Assembly (NCBI GenBank): GCA_965207375.1 | Contig: OZ242274.1 | Coordinates: 96,001 to 160,000 of the forward strand | Direction of reading: 5' to 3' | From: Nitrosopumilaceae archaeon | Lineage (GTDB): Archaea > Thermoproteota > Nitrososphaeria > Nitrososphaerales > Nitrosopumilaceae | Length of the DNA stretch: 64,000 bases | Shown: in pieces, positions 20,608 to 30,560 of the stretch | Position numbering within the stretch: the first letter of the stretch is position 1 | How the letters are laid out: each line of letters starts with the position of its first letter | The notes under the pieces: generated by a model | The model's database searches: none | The model's input: the letters and a program-made list of their open reading frames with translations, nothing else | What the model was told of the DNA's origin: nothing | Translations under genes and position numbers: made by a program

Positions 20608-21354
20608 TTATGTTTTAAAATGATCCAGTACATAAGTATAAAACTCTCTGTGTGTTGAAAGCATTTTTTTACTGCCACCTTGCCTTATGTAAAAATCATC
20701 GAGAACACGTTCATGTTTTTCTGTATCATTTGATGAAATTACGAATTTGAGAGGTTTGTTAGCTTTATTCAAATTACGAAAAAACCAAGGTTTGGTACTA
20801 GATTTTATTTTAATTTCTATGATCTGTACCTCTAACACATATACAAACCTAATGTTAACGAGTGAACCAAGTGCAGTATCTGAATCTAGATATTTATCAA
20901 GAGCGTCCATTATTTTTCTTTCCAATTCGTCACATAATGTGTAATTTGATTTGTTCTTATGATCTGTAATATGGCTAAAATCATAATCAAGACCAATCAG
21001 ACGTTCCGTCAAGGTACCCGTATCACCTACTCCTATATACAAATAACCTCCATCAGAGTTCAGAAATGATTGTACTGTCTTTGGTATCACCATGGTGGAC
21101 ATTACTTTTTCTGAAAAATTTGCCTTGTTTTCTGTATATTGATCTTCATACATGATCCTTTCTTCGATTATTTTTTCGGAATTCATGATTTGAATCACAC
21201 GTCCCTTGTCGCCATTATCTAAAAGTACAGTAATTTTGTTACTGGTAGGATCTACAAGTATATGAGATACTCGACCCGTAGAGGTTTTCCTAGGATCTGA
21301 TAATAGTATTATTTCAACATAATCCCCTACATTGACGTTAAGCTTTGAACTCAC
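20608..21354 (-). CDS. YwbE/DUF2196-like N-terminal domain fused to an AlbA_2/Schlafen-like domain
   Basis: GDYVEIIL..TGRVSHIL...ITVLLDNGDKGRV; ENKANF, VQSFLNSDGGYLYIGVGD, FYIRQG. Confidence 0.7.
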   Translation of the reverse strand: MSSKLNVNVGDYVEIILLSDPRKTSTGRVSHILVDPTSNKITVLLDNGDKGRVIQIMNSEKIIEERIMYEDQYTENKANFSEKVMSTMVIPKTVQSFLNSDGGYLYIGVGDTGTLTERLIGLDYDFSHITDHKNKSNYTLCDELERKIMDALDKYLDSDTALGSLVNIRFVYVLEVQIIEIKIKSSTKPWFFRNLNKANKPLKFVISSNDTEKHERVLDDFYIRQGGSKKMLSTHREFYTYVLDHFKT

Positions 21355-21426
21355 ATAAAATCATATTCGTAGCTAGTTATTCAATGTCGTGTTTTGATTC
21401 TAGACGCATTGAATTTTACTTTTATC

Positions 21427-21800
21427 ATACTTGTTCACGTTATGACTAATTTCACAATTTGTTCAAATTATGATCACCATTAGATCTAAATCATTCTGAC
21501 TCACAAGTTGTATGGTGTGTGAGCCATCAACTACAAAAATACATAAGATCTCATGCACAATTGATCAATTCAAAATAAAATTTTCAATTTAAGGCTAAAA
21601 ATTAAGCATTTTTAATTCAAAATTTGATTATGCATAAGGTCTATACAAAAAGGAACACCGAAAAGTCATTTGTCTTGAATCCAAAGTATCAACTTTACAA
21701 AAAATTATATTACAAAAAGATGACCTTCTACTGCAAAAAGATAACAAAATTCAAGAGATGTCCAAACGTGACAATTATCATGATAATTCCAATACTCCTA
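21427..21800 (+). pseudogene. Degenerate 5' fragment of the 11350-type IS66, interrupted by a MITE
   Basis: DNA similarity to 11350-11620, including aTACTTGTTCAC and agatctaaatcattctgactcacaagttgtat. Confidence 0.8.
21546..21642. mobile_element. 97-bp MITE (second copy)
   Basis: IRs AGATCTCATGCA / TGCATAAGGTCT; TSD ATA; the empty site is visible in the intact IS near 11465. Confidence 0.88.
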
Positions 21801-22095
21801 GTGGATACTGTGCACCCCAATCAAAAAGAAAAATAGCGTAAAGCTCACAGCGGAGTAAAAAGAATACAACAAAATTCACTCACAGATTCGTGTATATGTA
21901 GAACATGCAATACGCATGGTCAAGACATGGCATATCATGGGAAACGTATACAAAAATCCACTCATAAAATACGATCGGATCAATGATAAGATGTGCGGTT
22001 TGGTAAACCGCAACGTATTGTGGCGGTTGGATCAGATGGCCTGACTGAAACAAGGCATTGGAATGGCAACAGATGCGCATAAAAAAATAATTACG
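21801..22095 (+). pseudogene. IS5-family (ISL2-like) transposase 3' remnant
   Basis: PIKKK..KLT...KEYNKIHSQIRVYVEHAIRMVKTW...MCGLVN with an internal stop. Confidence 0.65.
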
Positions 22096-22118
22096 GAACA
22101 CTTCTATGGTAAATACTG

Positions 22119-23669
22119 ATGAAGAACTATTCAGAATTAGAATACGCGGAACTCTTCAAAAAATTTTTTGATATTGGTGGACTTCAAGGGCCGCACAAAT
22201 GTATCTTTCTACATGCTCTTACAGACATAGGTCTGATTGATAACAACGATCTGATCGGAAAAGAATGGATTTCACAAGATGGACCCAATGTAATACTAAA
22301 TCTGAATTTTATGGCAGTCAGATTTGCGAAGGCATATCACGGCATATTGAGCTTGAATATTAAACACAGTCCTGCACACAAGAATCAACCCTCGATACTT
22401 GCTACATTTAAAGACTACACGGGGTCTGATTTTCCAACTCTGGCATACCTTGCCTCTGGAAAAATGAAATTTTTTCGAAGCAAAATAATTCGACGCGATA
22501 TAGTACTTGAGGTTTTACCCAATCTCGTAGAGCAAACCAACAAGAAAAAACCACCAGATTTTCCTGGAATGTATGATTGGGCCCGTAGAACCGACACCAT
22601 TGTATTCAAAAGAAGCTTGGTTGATTTTATGAAATCAAAACGGAGCTATCTGAGATATGAATTAGGAAAAAAACTAAAGAATTATTTGGAGGAATTGAAT
22701 CCCGGTAAAGAAATCTCGAGAACTTTTGTGGATACTGACAACCCGTTCTATCAGTATGTGATGGGACAACAAAGAGTGTTTTTGGCAGGTGTTGAGCGTG
22801 AGACGGAAGTGCGACGGTTTGAGCAGTTTATGGAGACTGATGTAAAGATGGAGCATGTGACCTGTGTTGACTCGCCGGTGCGAGTGTGGGGGCTACGATC
22901 TACCCGTGACAACAAAGAGGTGTGGAAAAAAATCAGGTACGGGGATATCATTTTATTCTCAAACAACAATCAATGTTTTGCCAAGGGGAGGGTCCTACAG
23001 ACTATGCAAAATGCTGATGAGGCAGAACGTTTGTGGGGTAAGGATGATAAACCCATCCGTGATCTTTTAATCATGTTCGAGAATGTTGCTGCCATGCAAT
23101 TGAATTTGGTAGACTCTCGTACACGACTAGTCAAACCTACAATGCCTGACGAGTACAACTTTCCAATCATTCAAGTAGATGAAGGGCTTGTGGCTGAGCT
23201 GATTTCTGCTTATCATGACATCGAGACAGCAATGGATAATGTATCCGAGCCAATAGAGGATGATATTCACAATGTGTCCGTTTCATTGATGGAGAGAAAG
23301 ACCAAGGTACGGAGGGGACAGGGTGCATTCAGAGCAGAAGTATTGAAGAACTATGACAAGAGATGCGTCGTATGCGACATAAACGAAAAGGACTTGCTAG
23401 AGGCAAGCCATATACTTCCTGTTAGAAACCTCGAGTCTGCTGGCAATATCAAAAACGGAATATGTCTATGTGTTCTACATCACAAAATGTTTGATCAACG
23501 ATACATGTATTTTGACACCGACTATGCCTTGAAATTTATGAGTAAAACGTCACAATATCTGCAAGATACTTGCACTAAGATGAAAATCACCGAATCAATG
23601 TGCCGTGAAATGCCATCCAAGGAATACCTAGAAAAATCATCCCGTCTCGTTAGGTGCCAAGAATCATGA
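22119..23669 (+). CDS. Three-domain HNH endonuclease (SBD-like N-terminus, EVE/PUA-like middle, HNH)
   Basis: PHKCIFLHAL; VWG...WKKIRYGDIILF; RRGQGAFR, CVVC, EASHI, NGICLCVLHHKMFD. Confidence 0.75.
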   Translation: MKNYSELEYAELFKKFFDIGGLQGPHKCIFLHALTDIGLIDNNDLIGKEWISQDGPNVILNLNFMAVRFAKAYHGILSLNIKHSPAHKNQPSILATFKDYTGSDFPTLAYLASGKMKFFRSKIIRRDIVLEVLPNLVEQTNKKKPPDFPGMYDWARRTDTIVFKRSLVDFMKSKRSYLRYELGKKLKNYLEELNPGKEISRTFVDTDNPFYQYVMGQQRVFLAGVERETEVRRFEQFMETDVKMEHVTCVDSPVRVWGLRSTRDNKEVWKKIRYGDIILFSNNNQCFAKGRVLQTMQNADEAERLWGKDDKPIRDLLIMFENVAAMQLNLVDSRTRLVKPTMPDEYNFPIIQVDEGLVAELISAYHDIETAMDNVSEPIEDDIHNVSVSLMERKTKVRRGQGAFRAEVLKNYDKRCVVCDINEKDLLEASHILPVRNLESAGNIKNGICLCVLHHKMFDQRYMYFDTDYALKFMSKTSQYLQDTCTKMKITESMCREMPSKEYLEKSSRLVRCQES

Positions 23670-23691
23670 TATGTAAGGGCAGACACTAGAC

Positions 23692-25806
23692 ATGACACTA
23701 AACATGCCTGACTGGCCAAAATCCAGATATGACTCTAGACTAAACAACATAGCTACGGAATTTTTCATTCGGGCACTGCAAAACTCCACCACCTATAGGC
23801 GACTGGGAGGGTTTTTTTCTTCCACAAGCCTTGCATTGGCCGCACGTGGAATAAAGGAACTGATTAAGAACGAGGGCAAGATGCAGCTCGTGGTCAGTCC
23901 CATACTCACGAAGGAGGATTCATACATGCTAAATGATTGCACGTCAGAGCAACGGGATGACATCATTAACAAATCACTCCTTGAAGAATTTGATCTTGCA
24001 GACGAATTTGAGAAGAATCATGTTGCCGCCCTAGCATACCTGCTGAAAAAAGAGTTCTTGGAGATAAGAATAGACATTCCAAAGGACATTGAAGGCAGAT
24101 GTCTTGACTATGATTCCATGATGCAGAAAAACATGCTTGATGAAAAGCTTGGGATCTTCCAAGATCGAGAGGGTAATGCAATTTCCTTTAGGGGACCAGT
24201 GAATGAAAACAGGCAGAGCTGGGAACATGGTGTGTTCTCTATAACAGTAGATGTGGATTGGATCGACGGACAAAAGTCCCACGTCCTTGACGACATTGAC
24301 CGATTTGAGAAAAAATGGAACGACAATAACATATTGAGACTGCCCCAGAAGACGCACGACAGCATAGTAGCCAATGCACCAAGCGACGTGCAAGAGATCG
24401 ACTTGGACAAGTTCAACGTCCCTCCATGGGCCATGCTGTCAAACGGAAACATACTATGGGATCACCAGATACGAGCAGTCAACTCTTGGACGAATTCAGA
24501 TTATCGCGGAGTATTGAGCATGGCAACCGGCGGAGGCAAGACCCTGTCGGCGCTAGTATCGGCAAGCCTTGTGCCTGTAGATTCATTAGTATTGATACTG
24601 GTTCCGACCAAGGTACTGATAGACCAATGGGAAAAAGAGATACGCCTGTTTGAACCCGACGCAGATCTGATTTTATGTGACAGCACCCATGCCACGTGGA
24701 ATACAATCCTGTCAGGTAAGTTGATTCCATATGTGACAGGAAACCCCAAACGAGACAAACCACTATTCGTTTTATCCACCATGAACACCGCTTCAGGCGA
24801 AAAATTCAGGAGGAGTTTTGAACACATCAAAAAAGAATTTATCACCATGATTTCAGATGAGGTGCACCATCTTGGAGCTCCCGAATATAGCAAGATCTTC
24901 GAGATCAATGCGCAAAGAAGACTCGGGCTTAGCGCAACGTTTACACGGGATTGGGACGAAATTGGAACGCGCAGAATACTGGATTACTTTGGCCATCAGC
25001 TTGACGGGGAGTATACCATCTCAGATGGGATACGTGATCGGAAACTTAGTCGTTATGAATATCATCCCTTTTTGGCATATTTGGATGAATCAGAGTATGA
25101 TGAATATGCAGGATATTCAGTCAGCATAGGAATGCTGTATGCCAGATTGAGTAACACAAAAGATCCAGTCATACGGTTCGAACTTGAGAAAAAATATCAC
25201 AAACTCCTAAGGGACAGGGCCGAGATAATCAAGAAAACCAAAGACAAGCTACGCGCATATTCCGAGATACTCCTAACGTCGCCAAAAAAACCCTACATTG
25301 TATTTGCAGATGACCACGATCAAGTGGCAAAGCTAAAGAAGGTTCACAAGGACACCATACGCCAGATTAATCTACAGAGATCAGATGACTTGGAGAAAGA
25401 TGACATAATGACGTTTTCTGGCAAGTTAAACGATATCGAACGGCTAAAAATACTCAAAGAGTCTAAATCCAACAAAACACCCCTGTTTGCAATGTATTGC
25501 CTAGACGAGGGAGTGGACGTTCCAGAGTTTCAGTCTGCTATACTGGTGTCTAGTTCCACCAGCAAGAGGCAGTACATACAGAGACGCGGGCGGATTCTCC
25601 GGACTGGCAGGCAGAAGGTGGCACATCTGTATGACATAATAGCCCTACCAAACCCCCATTCATATCACGTCGACCCAGACGATGCCAAGACCATAGTAAG
25701 GAAAGAAAAGGATAGAGTGAACGAGCTTGCGCGAGATGCAGTTAACAAATGGGTGGCAATAGGAAAAATAGACGAAAGTCTCCGCGATCTCGGTTTCCTA
25801 TCATAA
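23692..25806 (+). CDS. pbeA: PbeA-like PLD-domain + SF2 (DEAD/H) helicase
   Basis: YRRLGGFFSSTSL N-terminus; MATGGGKT, DEVHH, LSAT, DEGVDVP, QRRGRILR; first of four tightly coupled genes beside dnd. Confidence 0.78.
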   Translation: MTLNMPDWPKSRYDSRLNNIATEFFIRALQNSTTYRRLGGFFSSTSLALAARGIKELIKNEGKMQLVVSPILTKEDSYMLNDCTSEQRDDIINKSLLEEFDLADEFEKNHVAALAYLLKKEFLEIRIDIPKDIEGRCLDYDSMMQKNMLDEKLGIFQDREGNAISFRGPVNENRQSWEHGVFSITVDVDWIDGQKSHVLDDIDRFEKKWNDNNILRLPQKTHDSIVANAPSDVQEIDLDKFNVPPWAMLSNGNILWDHQIRAVNSWTNSDYRGVLSMATGGGKTLSALVSASLVPVDSLVLILVPTKVLIDQWEKEIRLFEPDADLILCDSTHATWNTILSGKLIPYVTGNPKRDKPLFVLSTMNTASGEKFRRSFEHIKKEFITMISDEVHHLGAPEYSKIFEINAQRRLGLSATFTRDWDEIGTRRILDYFGHQLDGEYTISDGIRDRKLSRYEYHPFLAYLDESEYDEYAGYSVSIGMLYARLSNTKDPVIRFELEKKYHKLLRDRAEIIKKTKDKLRAYSEILLTSPKKPYIVFADDHDQVAKLKKVHKDTIRQINLQRSDDLEKDDIMTFSGKLNDIERLKILKESKSNKTPLFAMYCLDEGVDVPEFQSAILVSSSTSKRQYIQRRGRILRTGRQKVAHLYDIIALPNPHSYHVDPDDAKTIVRKEKDRVNELARDAVNKWVAIGKIDESLRDLGFLS

Positions 25807-25840
25807 ACAAGTTTAAAAAAACCACTACCAAGCAGATATT

Positions 25841-26026
25841 ATGCCTGATGCCTATGATGAGATAATAAAGATCCTAACGGACGTGGAAGCCGAAAACAAG
25901 ATTCCCGCTGGAACACTGAAAAGCATCTACGAGACGGAGAAGGCAGTAGTGCATCTAAGGGTGCGGGATAACATACACGACCATCTACAGGGCTTAGTGT
26001 CTGATGCTGCAGGGAAGATGAACTAG
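25841..26026 (+). CDS. pbeB: PbeB-like small protein
   Basis: 61-aa helical ORF between the helicase and the SMC-like ATPase; call rests on position and size. Confidence 0.55.
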   Translation: MPDAYDEIIKILTDVEAENKIPAGTLKSIYETEKAVVHLRVRDNIHDHLQGLVSDAAGKMN

Positions 26027-26027
26027 G

Positions 26028-27974
26028 ATGTTGTTTAGAGGCATAGAGATTTGCAATTTTGGCAGATATGCTGGAACCAATTTTTTTGACACCACTGTGA
26101 CTGACGACAGGAATGTAATACTGGTCAAGGCCAACAACGACCGTGGCAAGACCACACTGTTCCAGGCAATCAAGTTTGCCATGTACGGCGATGAGGGAAT
26201 ACGTCCCAAATCCACAAGTGACTGGATAAATCTCCAAAAGGCTTCAGAGGGGGACGGTGAGATGCACGTGGAAATAAAATTCGATCACGAAGGATACGCG
26301 TACAGGCTAAGACGCCTTGTCAAGTTTAGAAAAACCGAAAGAGGAAAGGAGATTGCAACTGTGGGTAATCCGTCGGTGGAGATCTTTAAGAATGATAACC
26401 CCCATATGACTGGAGACTCCGACTCTAACAAGAGGGACTGGATAGATACGATTCTGCCAAAGGACGCAAGCCAGTTTTTCTTTTTTGATGGTGAAGAGAT
26501 TCAAAAGTACATACATCATGAGGAGTCCCACGTAAAACAGGCCATAGAGAAGGTCCTCGGAATTAAGGAATTGCTCAACGCCAAAGAGGACATGTATGAG
26601 ATTTTTGAACGCTTTCAGACAGAATACGACAGAAACATCCGAAAACATGCAAAGGACGAAAAATCCCGAAACGAACTGGAGAGGATAAAAAACGAATTGA
26701 AAAACGCCGATGAATTCATCGAAGCTCAACAAAGGTTCCAAAACGGTGCAGAGGCAGAAAAAAACAGACTGGACAAGGAACAAAAAAAATATGAGAACAT
26801 AAAAGTAACCGTAGATGCACGCGACACGGCAGAGAGAGAGTTGGAAAATCAGAAAAAACTACTGCACGCCAACAAGAAGGAACTTACTGCGACTAGGGGA
26901 AACACCAGTCTTATTCTGTTATCCCCGCTCCTTGAGATCATCCACAGGACCGAGGAGGATCCGCCATCAGTGGATCGGTGGCAGTCAGAGACAATTAGGT
27001 ACATACTTAGCAACTTTGACCAATGCGTGTGTGACAGGCCGATCGATCAACATGTGCGAGATGTATTCAATACCAAGATTCTGGATATAAAACCATCAAA
27101 AACATCAATTATCAAAAAATCGGTAAACAACATGCTCATCGAGCACGAACCTGCCGCAAAATGGGTACGGCTCCAAGAAAACCTAGAAAAGGCGGCTGAC
27201 ATAATGCAGGAAATCGACAAACAAAAAAGCACAATCAAAGACCTGAACAGGCAGATCCGGAACAATGAAAGCACCCAGGCCATAAAGGAATTACAACAGA
27301 AGTACGAGGAAATCGTTAAAGATATCGGCGTGTCAGAAAAGAAACTCGAACAGTACAAAGCTACAAAATCAAAACTGGAAAATCAGAAAAAAACCATAGA
27401 CGCACGCATAAACGCCAGTGTAGTAGATACTCAGCTGACCTTGGCCACACGAAGAAAAGACACCTGCCAAACAGTGATGGAATGTATACATCAAAGCATA
27501 GAAAAGTTCTACGAGATAAGAAAACCAGATCTTGAAGCGCACATATCGAAGATCTTCTCTTCCCTCACCAACAATCCCGATATGTACAAGGGATTGAAAA
27601 TAGACAGGAACTTTAACATGAGGGTGATAAGAAACGACGGTACGGAGCTTCCCACATTCAAGTACAGCCCCAGCGCTGGTGCATCGCAGATAGTTGCCAC
27701 GTCTATGATTGGAGGACTGAACAAATTTGCCACGCGTGACGCCCCAGTCGTCATAGACACTCCCATGGGACGGCTTGATCCAGAACACAGAAAGAACCTG
27801 ATAAGTTATTACTCCAAAATGAGCAAGCAGATAATTATACTGTATCAGCCAAGTGAATTGGAAGATGAAGACATACAAAACATCAATGACAGCCTTGCGT
27901 CAGAGTGGGAGATAGACTCGCAACCAGATCATCCGGACTTGTCATGCATACACAGAGCGAGGTCACACATATGA
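26028..27974 (+). CDS. pbeC: PbeC-like SMC/Rad50-type ATPase
   Basis: NFGRY, NDRGKTT, FFFDGE, coiled coil with central CVC, SAG signature, IDTPMGRLD. Confidence 0.78.
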   Translation: MLFRGIEICNFGRYAGTNFFDTTVTDDRNVILVKANNDRGKTTLFQAIKFAMYGDEGIRPKSTSDWINLQKASEGDGEMHVEIKFDHEGYAYRLRRLVKFRKTERGKEIATVGNPSVEIFKNDNPHMTGDSDSNKRDWIDTILPKDASQFFFFDGEEIQKYIHHEESHVKQAIEKVLGIKELLNAKEDMYEIFERFQTEYDRNIRKHAKDEKSRNELERIKNELKNADEFIEAQQRFQNGAEAEKNRLDKEQKKYENIKVTVDARDTAERELENQKKLLHANKKELTATRGNTSLILLSPLLEIIHRTEEDPPSVDRWQSETIRYILSNFDQCVCDRPIDQHVRDVFNTKILDIKPSKTSIIKKSVNNMLIEHEPAAKWVRLQENLEKAADIMQEIDKQKSTIKDLNRQIRNNESTQAIKELQQKYEEIVKDIGVSEKKLEQYKATKSKLENQKKTIDARINASVVDTQLTLATRRKDTCQTVMECIHQSIEKFYEIRKPDLEAHISKIFSSLTNNPDMYKGLKIDRNFNMRVIRNDGTELPTFKYSPSAGASQIVATSMIGGLNKFATRDAPVVIDTPMGRLDPEHRKNLISYYSKMSKQIIILYQPSELEDEDIQNINDSLASEWEIDSQPDHPDLSCIHRARSHI

Positions 27975-28423
27975 GTGGCGACTCACCCGATGAATCTTGG
28001 TGTATCTCGGGCGATCCGTTGGAGATAAAGTCCGCCCTAAAGGAGGTGTATGACGACCTAGTAGAGGGTGAAGGATTATTCCCCAACAACTATTCCCTGT
28101 TCTGTGTTGGCCTAGTGTATGGGGTGTTGTACAAAAAACGACACGAGGTAAGGCCGACGGCCTCATTCATCAAGCTCTTCGCGATAACCGATCCTGTGAG
28201 CAAGGACGTGATCGACTTGATCTACCGCCTTCTCGACGATGGACAGTGTGACAAAAACGAGATCTGGCAGGAGATGCTCTCGATTGCAGACGGTGGAGTC
28301 TTGGCACTAAATGACATATACAAGGCAAACAAGAACTTTACCATCCCACATCTGCTTGAGGAGGCAAGAAAACTGTGGCAATCCAGAACCAAAGATCTTC
28401 ACAACTTGAACCTCCGTGCATGA
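27971..28423 (+). CDS. pbeD: PbeD-like protein
   Basis: ATGA overlap with the ATPase stop; 150 aa; C-terminal ADGGV; fourth gene of the operon. Confidence 0.6.
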   Translation: MSGDSPDESWCISGDPLEIKSALKEVYDDLVEGEGLFPNNYSLFCVGLVYGVLYKKRHEVRPTASFIKLFAITDPVSKDVIDLIYRLLDDGQCDKNEIWQEMLSIADGGVLALNDIYKANKNFTIPHLLEEARKLWQSRTKDLHNLNLRA

Positions 28424-28477
28424 TCGCAGACTACTTTTTAGTAGACGGACAGTAGCGCGACCTTGCCTAAACTGGTG

Positions 28478-28547
28478 AAAAATGCGATAAATTTTATGCC
28501 TTAAATTGAAAATTTTATTTCGAATTGATCAATGGTGCATGAGGTCT
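28478..28547. repeat. Partial third copy of the MITE / parental IS end
   Basis: About 70 bp matching the right part of 15685-15781 and ending TGCATGAGGTCT. Confidence 0.75.
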
Positions 28548-28629
28548 ACTGTTTCAATCTATATCAAATATAAAATTGCACAATAAACAATTCGAAAATC
28601 AATGTGATTGACTATAGAATTTTTCACTG

Positions 28630-29004
28630 TCATTTTTTGTTGTTTAATTGATAACTAACACAATGTTCATTAAATTTTTTTTCTGTCAGACTAATTACCA
28701 TGTCTTTTAGATCTTCATATTTTTGTCTGGAAATTTCTAATATGAATGAATTTTCTGATGGTGTCGGCATTCGGTTAAATTCTTCTAAAAATCGAGTAAA
28801 AAGTATACCCTCCAAACATCCTAGATAATAATGTAAATATGCCAGTTCATATGAAACCTTGTTATTTTTAATTAAAACTAGACTTTGAGCAATATTTGGA
28901 TAAGACTCCCCTTCAATGGCATTCATCCGTTCAACTGTTTTATCATAAGCGAAATCCAAAAGAATTTCAATTTTCATTTTTGTATCTAAATCAGGCATAA
29001 ACAC
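28630..29004 (-). CDS. Hypothetical protein directly downstream of dndA
   Basis: 124-aa ORF starting 4 bp after the dndA stop. Confidence 0.65.
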   Translation of the reverse strand: MFMPDLDTKMKIEILLDFAYDKTVERMNAIEGESYPNIAQSLVLIKNNKVSYELAYLHYYLGCLEGILFTRFLEEFNRMPTPSENSFILEISRQKYEDLKDMVISLTEKKFNEHCVSYQLNNKK

Positions 29005-29008
29005 AACC

Positions 29009-30169
29009 TCATGTTACCATACTCATTAGTGATTGTATCACTTTAGATATAGTCTTAATACAGTAATTAACATCTTCTTTACTATTGAATCGCCCTAATC
29101 CGATACGTATTGAAGAATGTACATGCGCCTCATTATATCCAAGAGAAAGTAACACGTATGACGGTTCCACCATCTGAGTAGTACATGCAGAACCAGCAGA
29201 TATGGCAATCTCTTTTGATACTGAATTAATTATTGCCTTGCTCTCCACATCTGGAAAATACATATTAAGATTATGAGCTAGTCGGTTTGTTGGATGACCA
29301 TTTAATTTTCCACCAATCTTTTCAAATTCAGTTAGCATCAAATCTGACCATTCTTTGAATCGTTTATTTTCTGAATCCATCTCTTTTTGTGCAATTTCAG
29401 ATGCCTTGCCAAAACCAACAATTCCCGGAACATTCAAAGTACCAGAGCGGATATTTCTCTCCTGTCCTCCTCCAAACATTATAGAATCAGGCCTTACTCG
29501 TGGTTTTATTCCGCGCACATAAAGGGCACCTACACCCTTGGGACCATACATCTTGTGTGCAGAAAAGGACATCAGATCTATATTCATCTTCTCAACATTA
29601 ATTGGAATATGTCCTACTGCCTGTGCTGCATCTGTATGAAAAATAACATTGTTCTCATGGGCTATCTTTCCGATGGCAGTCACATCTGCAATCGTACCAA
29701 TCTCATTGTTTGCAGTCATTATGCTAATCATTACCGTATCATCAGTAATTGCAGATTCGAGTTCCTCAAGATTGATTTGGCCATACGAATTTACCGGCAA
29801 ATAGGTCACTTTTTTCCCAATAGCCTCCAAATGTCTTGCCGTATCAAGTACTGCCTTGTGTTCTGTTACACAGGTAATCAGATGATTACCTCGATTTTCA
29901 TATTTTTCCATGGTTCCAATTAATGCAATATTGTTTGATTCAGTAGCACCTGATGTGAATATAATCTCATCATGTCTTGCCCCAACTGCATTTGCTATTG
30001 TCTCCCTTGCAGATTCGACTGCCACAGATGCCTCATATCCAAAAGGATGATCCAAGCTTGAGGCATTACCGAATTTTTCTGTAAGGTATGGCATCATGGC
30101 ATCTAATACGCGCCGATCAAGTGGCGTGGTTGCATGATGATCAAGGTATATGACCTTAGAACCAGACAT
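29009..30169 (-). CDS. dndA: Cysteine desulfurase DndA
   Basis: YLDHHATTP, TSGATESNN, SAHKMYGPKG, SAGSACT; coupled to dndE. Confidence 0.9.
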   Translation of the reverse strand: MSGSKVIYLDHHATTPLDRRVLDAMMPYLTEKFGNASSLDHPFGYEASVAVESARETIANAVGARHDEIIFTSGATESNNIALIGTMEKYENRGNHLITCVTEHKAVLDTARHLEAIGKKVTYLPVNSYGQINLEELESAITDDTVMISIMTANNEIGTIADVTAIGKIAHENNVIFHTDAAQAVGHIPINVEKMNIDLMSFSAHKMYGPKGVGALYVRGIKPRVRPDSIMFGGGQERNIRSGTLNVPGIVGFGKASEIAQKEMDSENKRFKEWSDLMLTEFEKIGGKLNGHPTNRLAHNLNMYFPDVESKAIINSVSKEIAISAGSACTTQMVEPSYVLLSLGYNEAHVHSSIRIGLGRFNSKEDVNYCIKTISKVIQSLMSMVT

Positions 30170-30170
30170 A

Positions 30171-30560
30171 TTATACAGTCTCCTTGCCTTTCATGTATGA
30201 TTTCAAAAGATTTCCAAAGTCTCCAATTTCATCTATACGTGGAAAAAGCATTCCGGCACCGCGATTAAGATGTGCACGGATCATTCGGTCTGCATACGTC
30301 TCATAGTCCAACCTATCCTCAGAAAGCCGTTGCTGAAACAATAATGAAAACACAAGCTCGTTTTTCCCATACAGTATGTGTGGGAGCAGCTCCATTCCCT
30401 TTTCATCATACATGTCAGAATTGGGGATACTTGGGTCATTAAGAGACAAACATATTCCAAACCTGGCAAGTACGTTTATTGAAACTCCTGTCTTGTGCTT
30501 GAGCTGTCCCAGATGATTCTGTGATCTTATTGAAAGACGCACCTTATCTAATCTGTGCAA
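30171..30560 (-). CDS. dndE: DNA sulfur modification protein DndE
   Basis: VRLS......QLKHKTG...NVLARFGICLSL, RAHLNRG; TTG start with GGAG upstream, overlapping dndD. Confidence 0.88.
   Translation of the reverse strand: MHRLDKVRLSIRSQNHLGQLKHKTGVSINVLARFGICLSLNDPSIPNSDMYDEKGMELLPHILYGKNELVFSLLFQQRLSEDRLDYETYADRMIRAHLNRGAGMLFPRIDEIGDFGNLLKSYMKGKETV

Noticed and set aside
27905-27970. Upstream start for the PbeD-like gene
   Set aside because: The ATGA overlap at 27971 fits translational coupling better.
26028-27974. Second dndD or housekeeping Rad50
   Set aside because: It lacks the DndD-specific C-terminal motif seen in 30544-32532, has no Mre11 partner, and its context matches pbeC.
23692-28423. 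DndFGH restriction module
   Set aside because: Sizes and domain order do not fit; there is no very large DndH-like gene.
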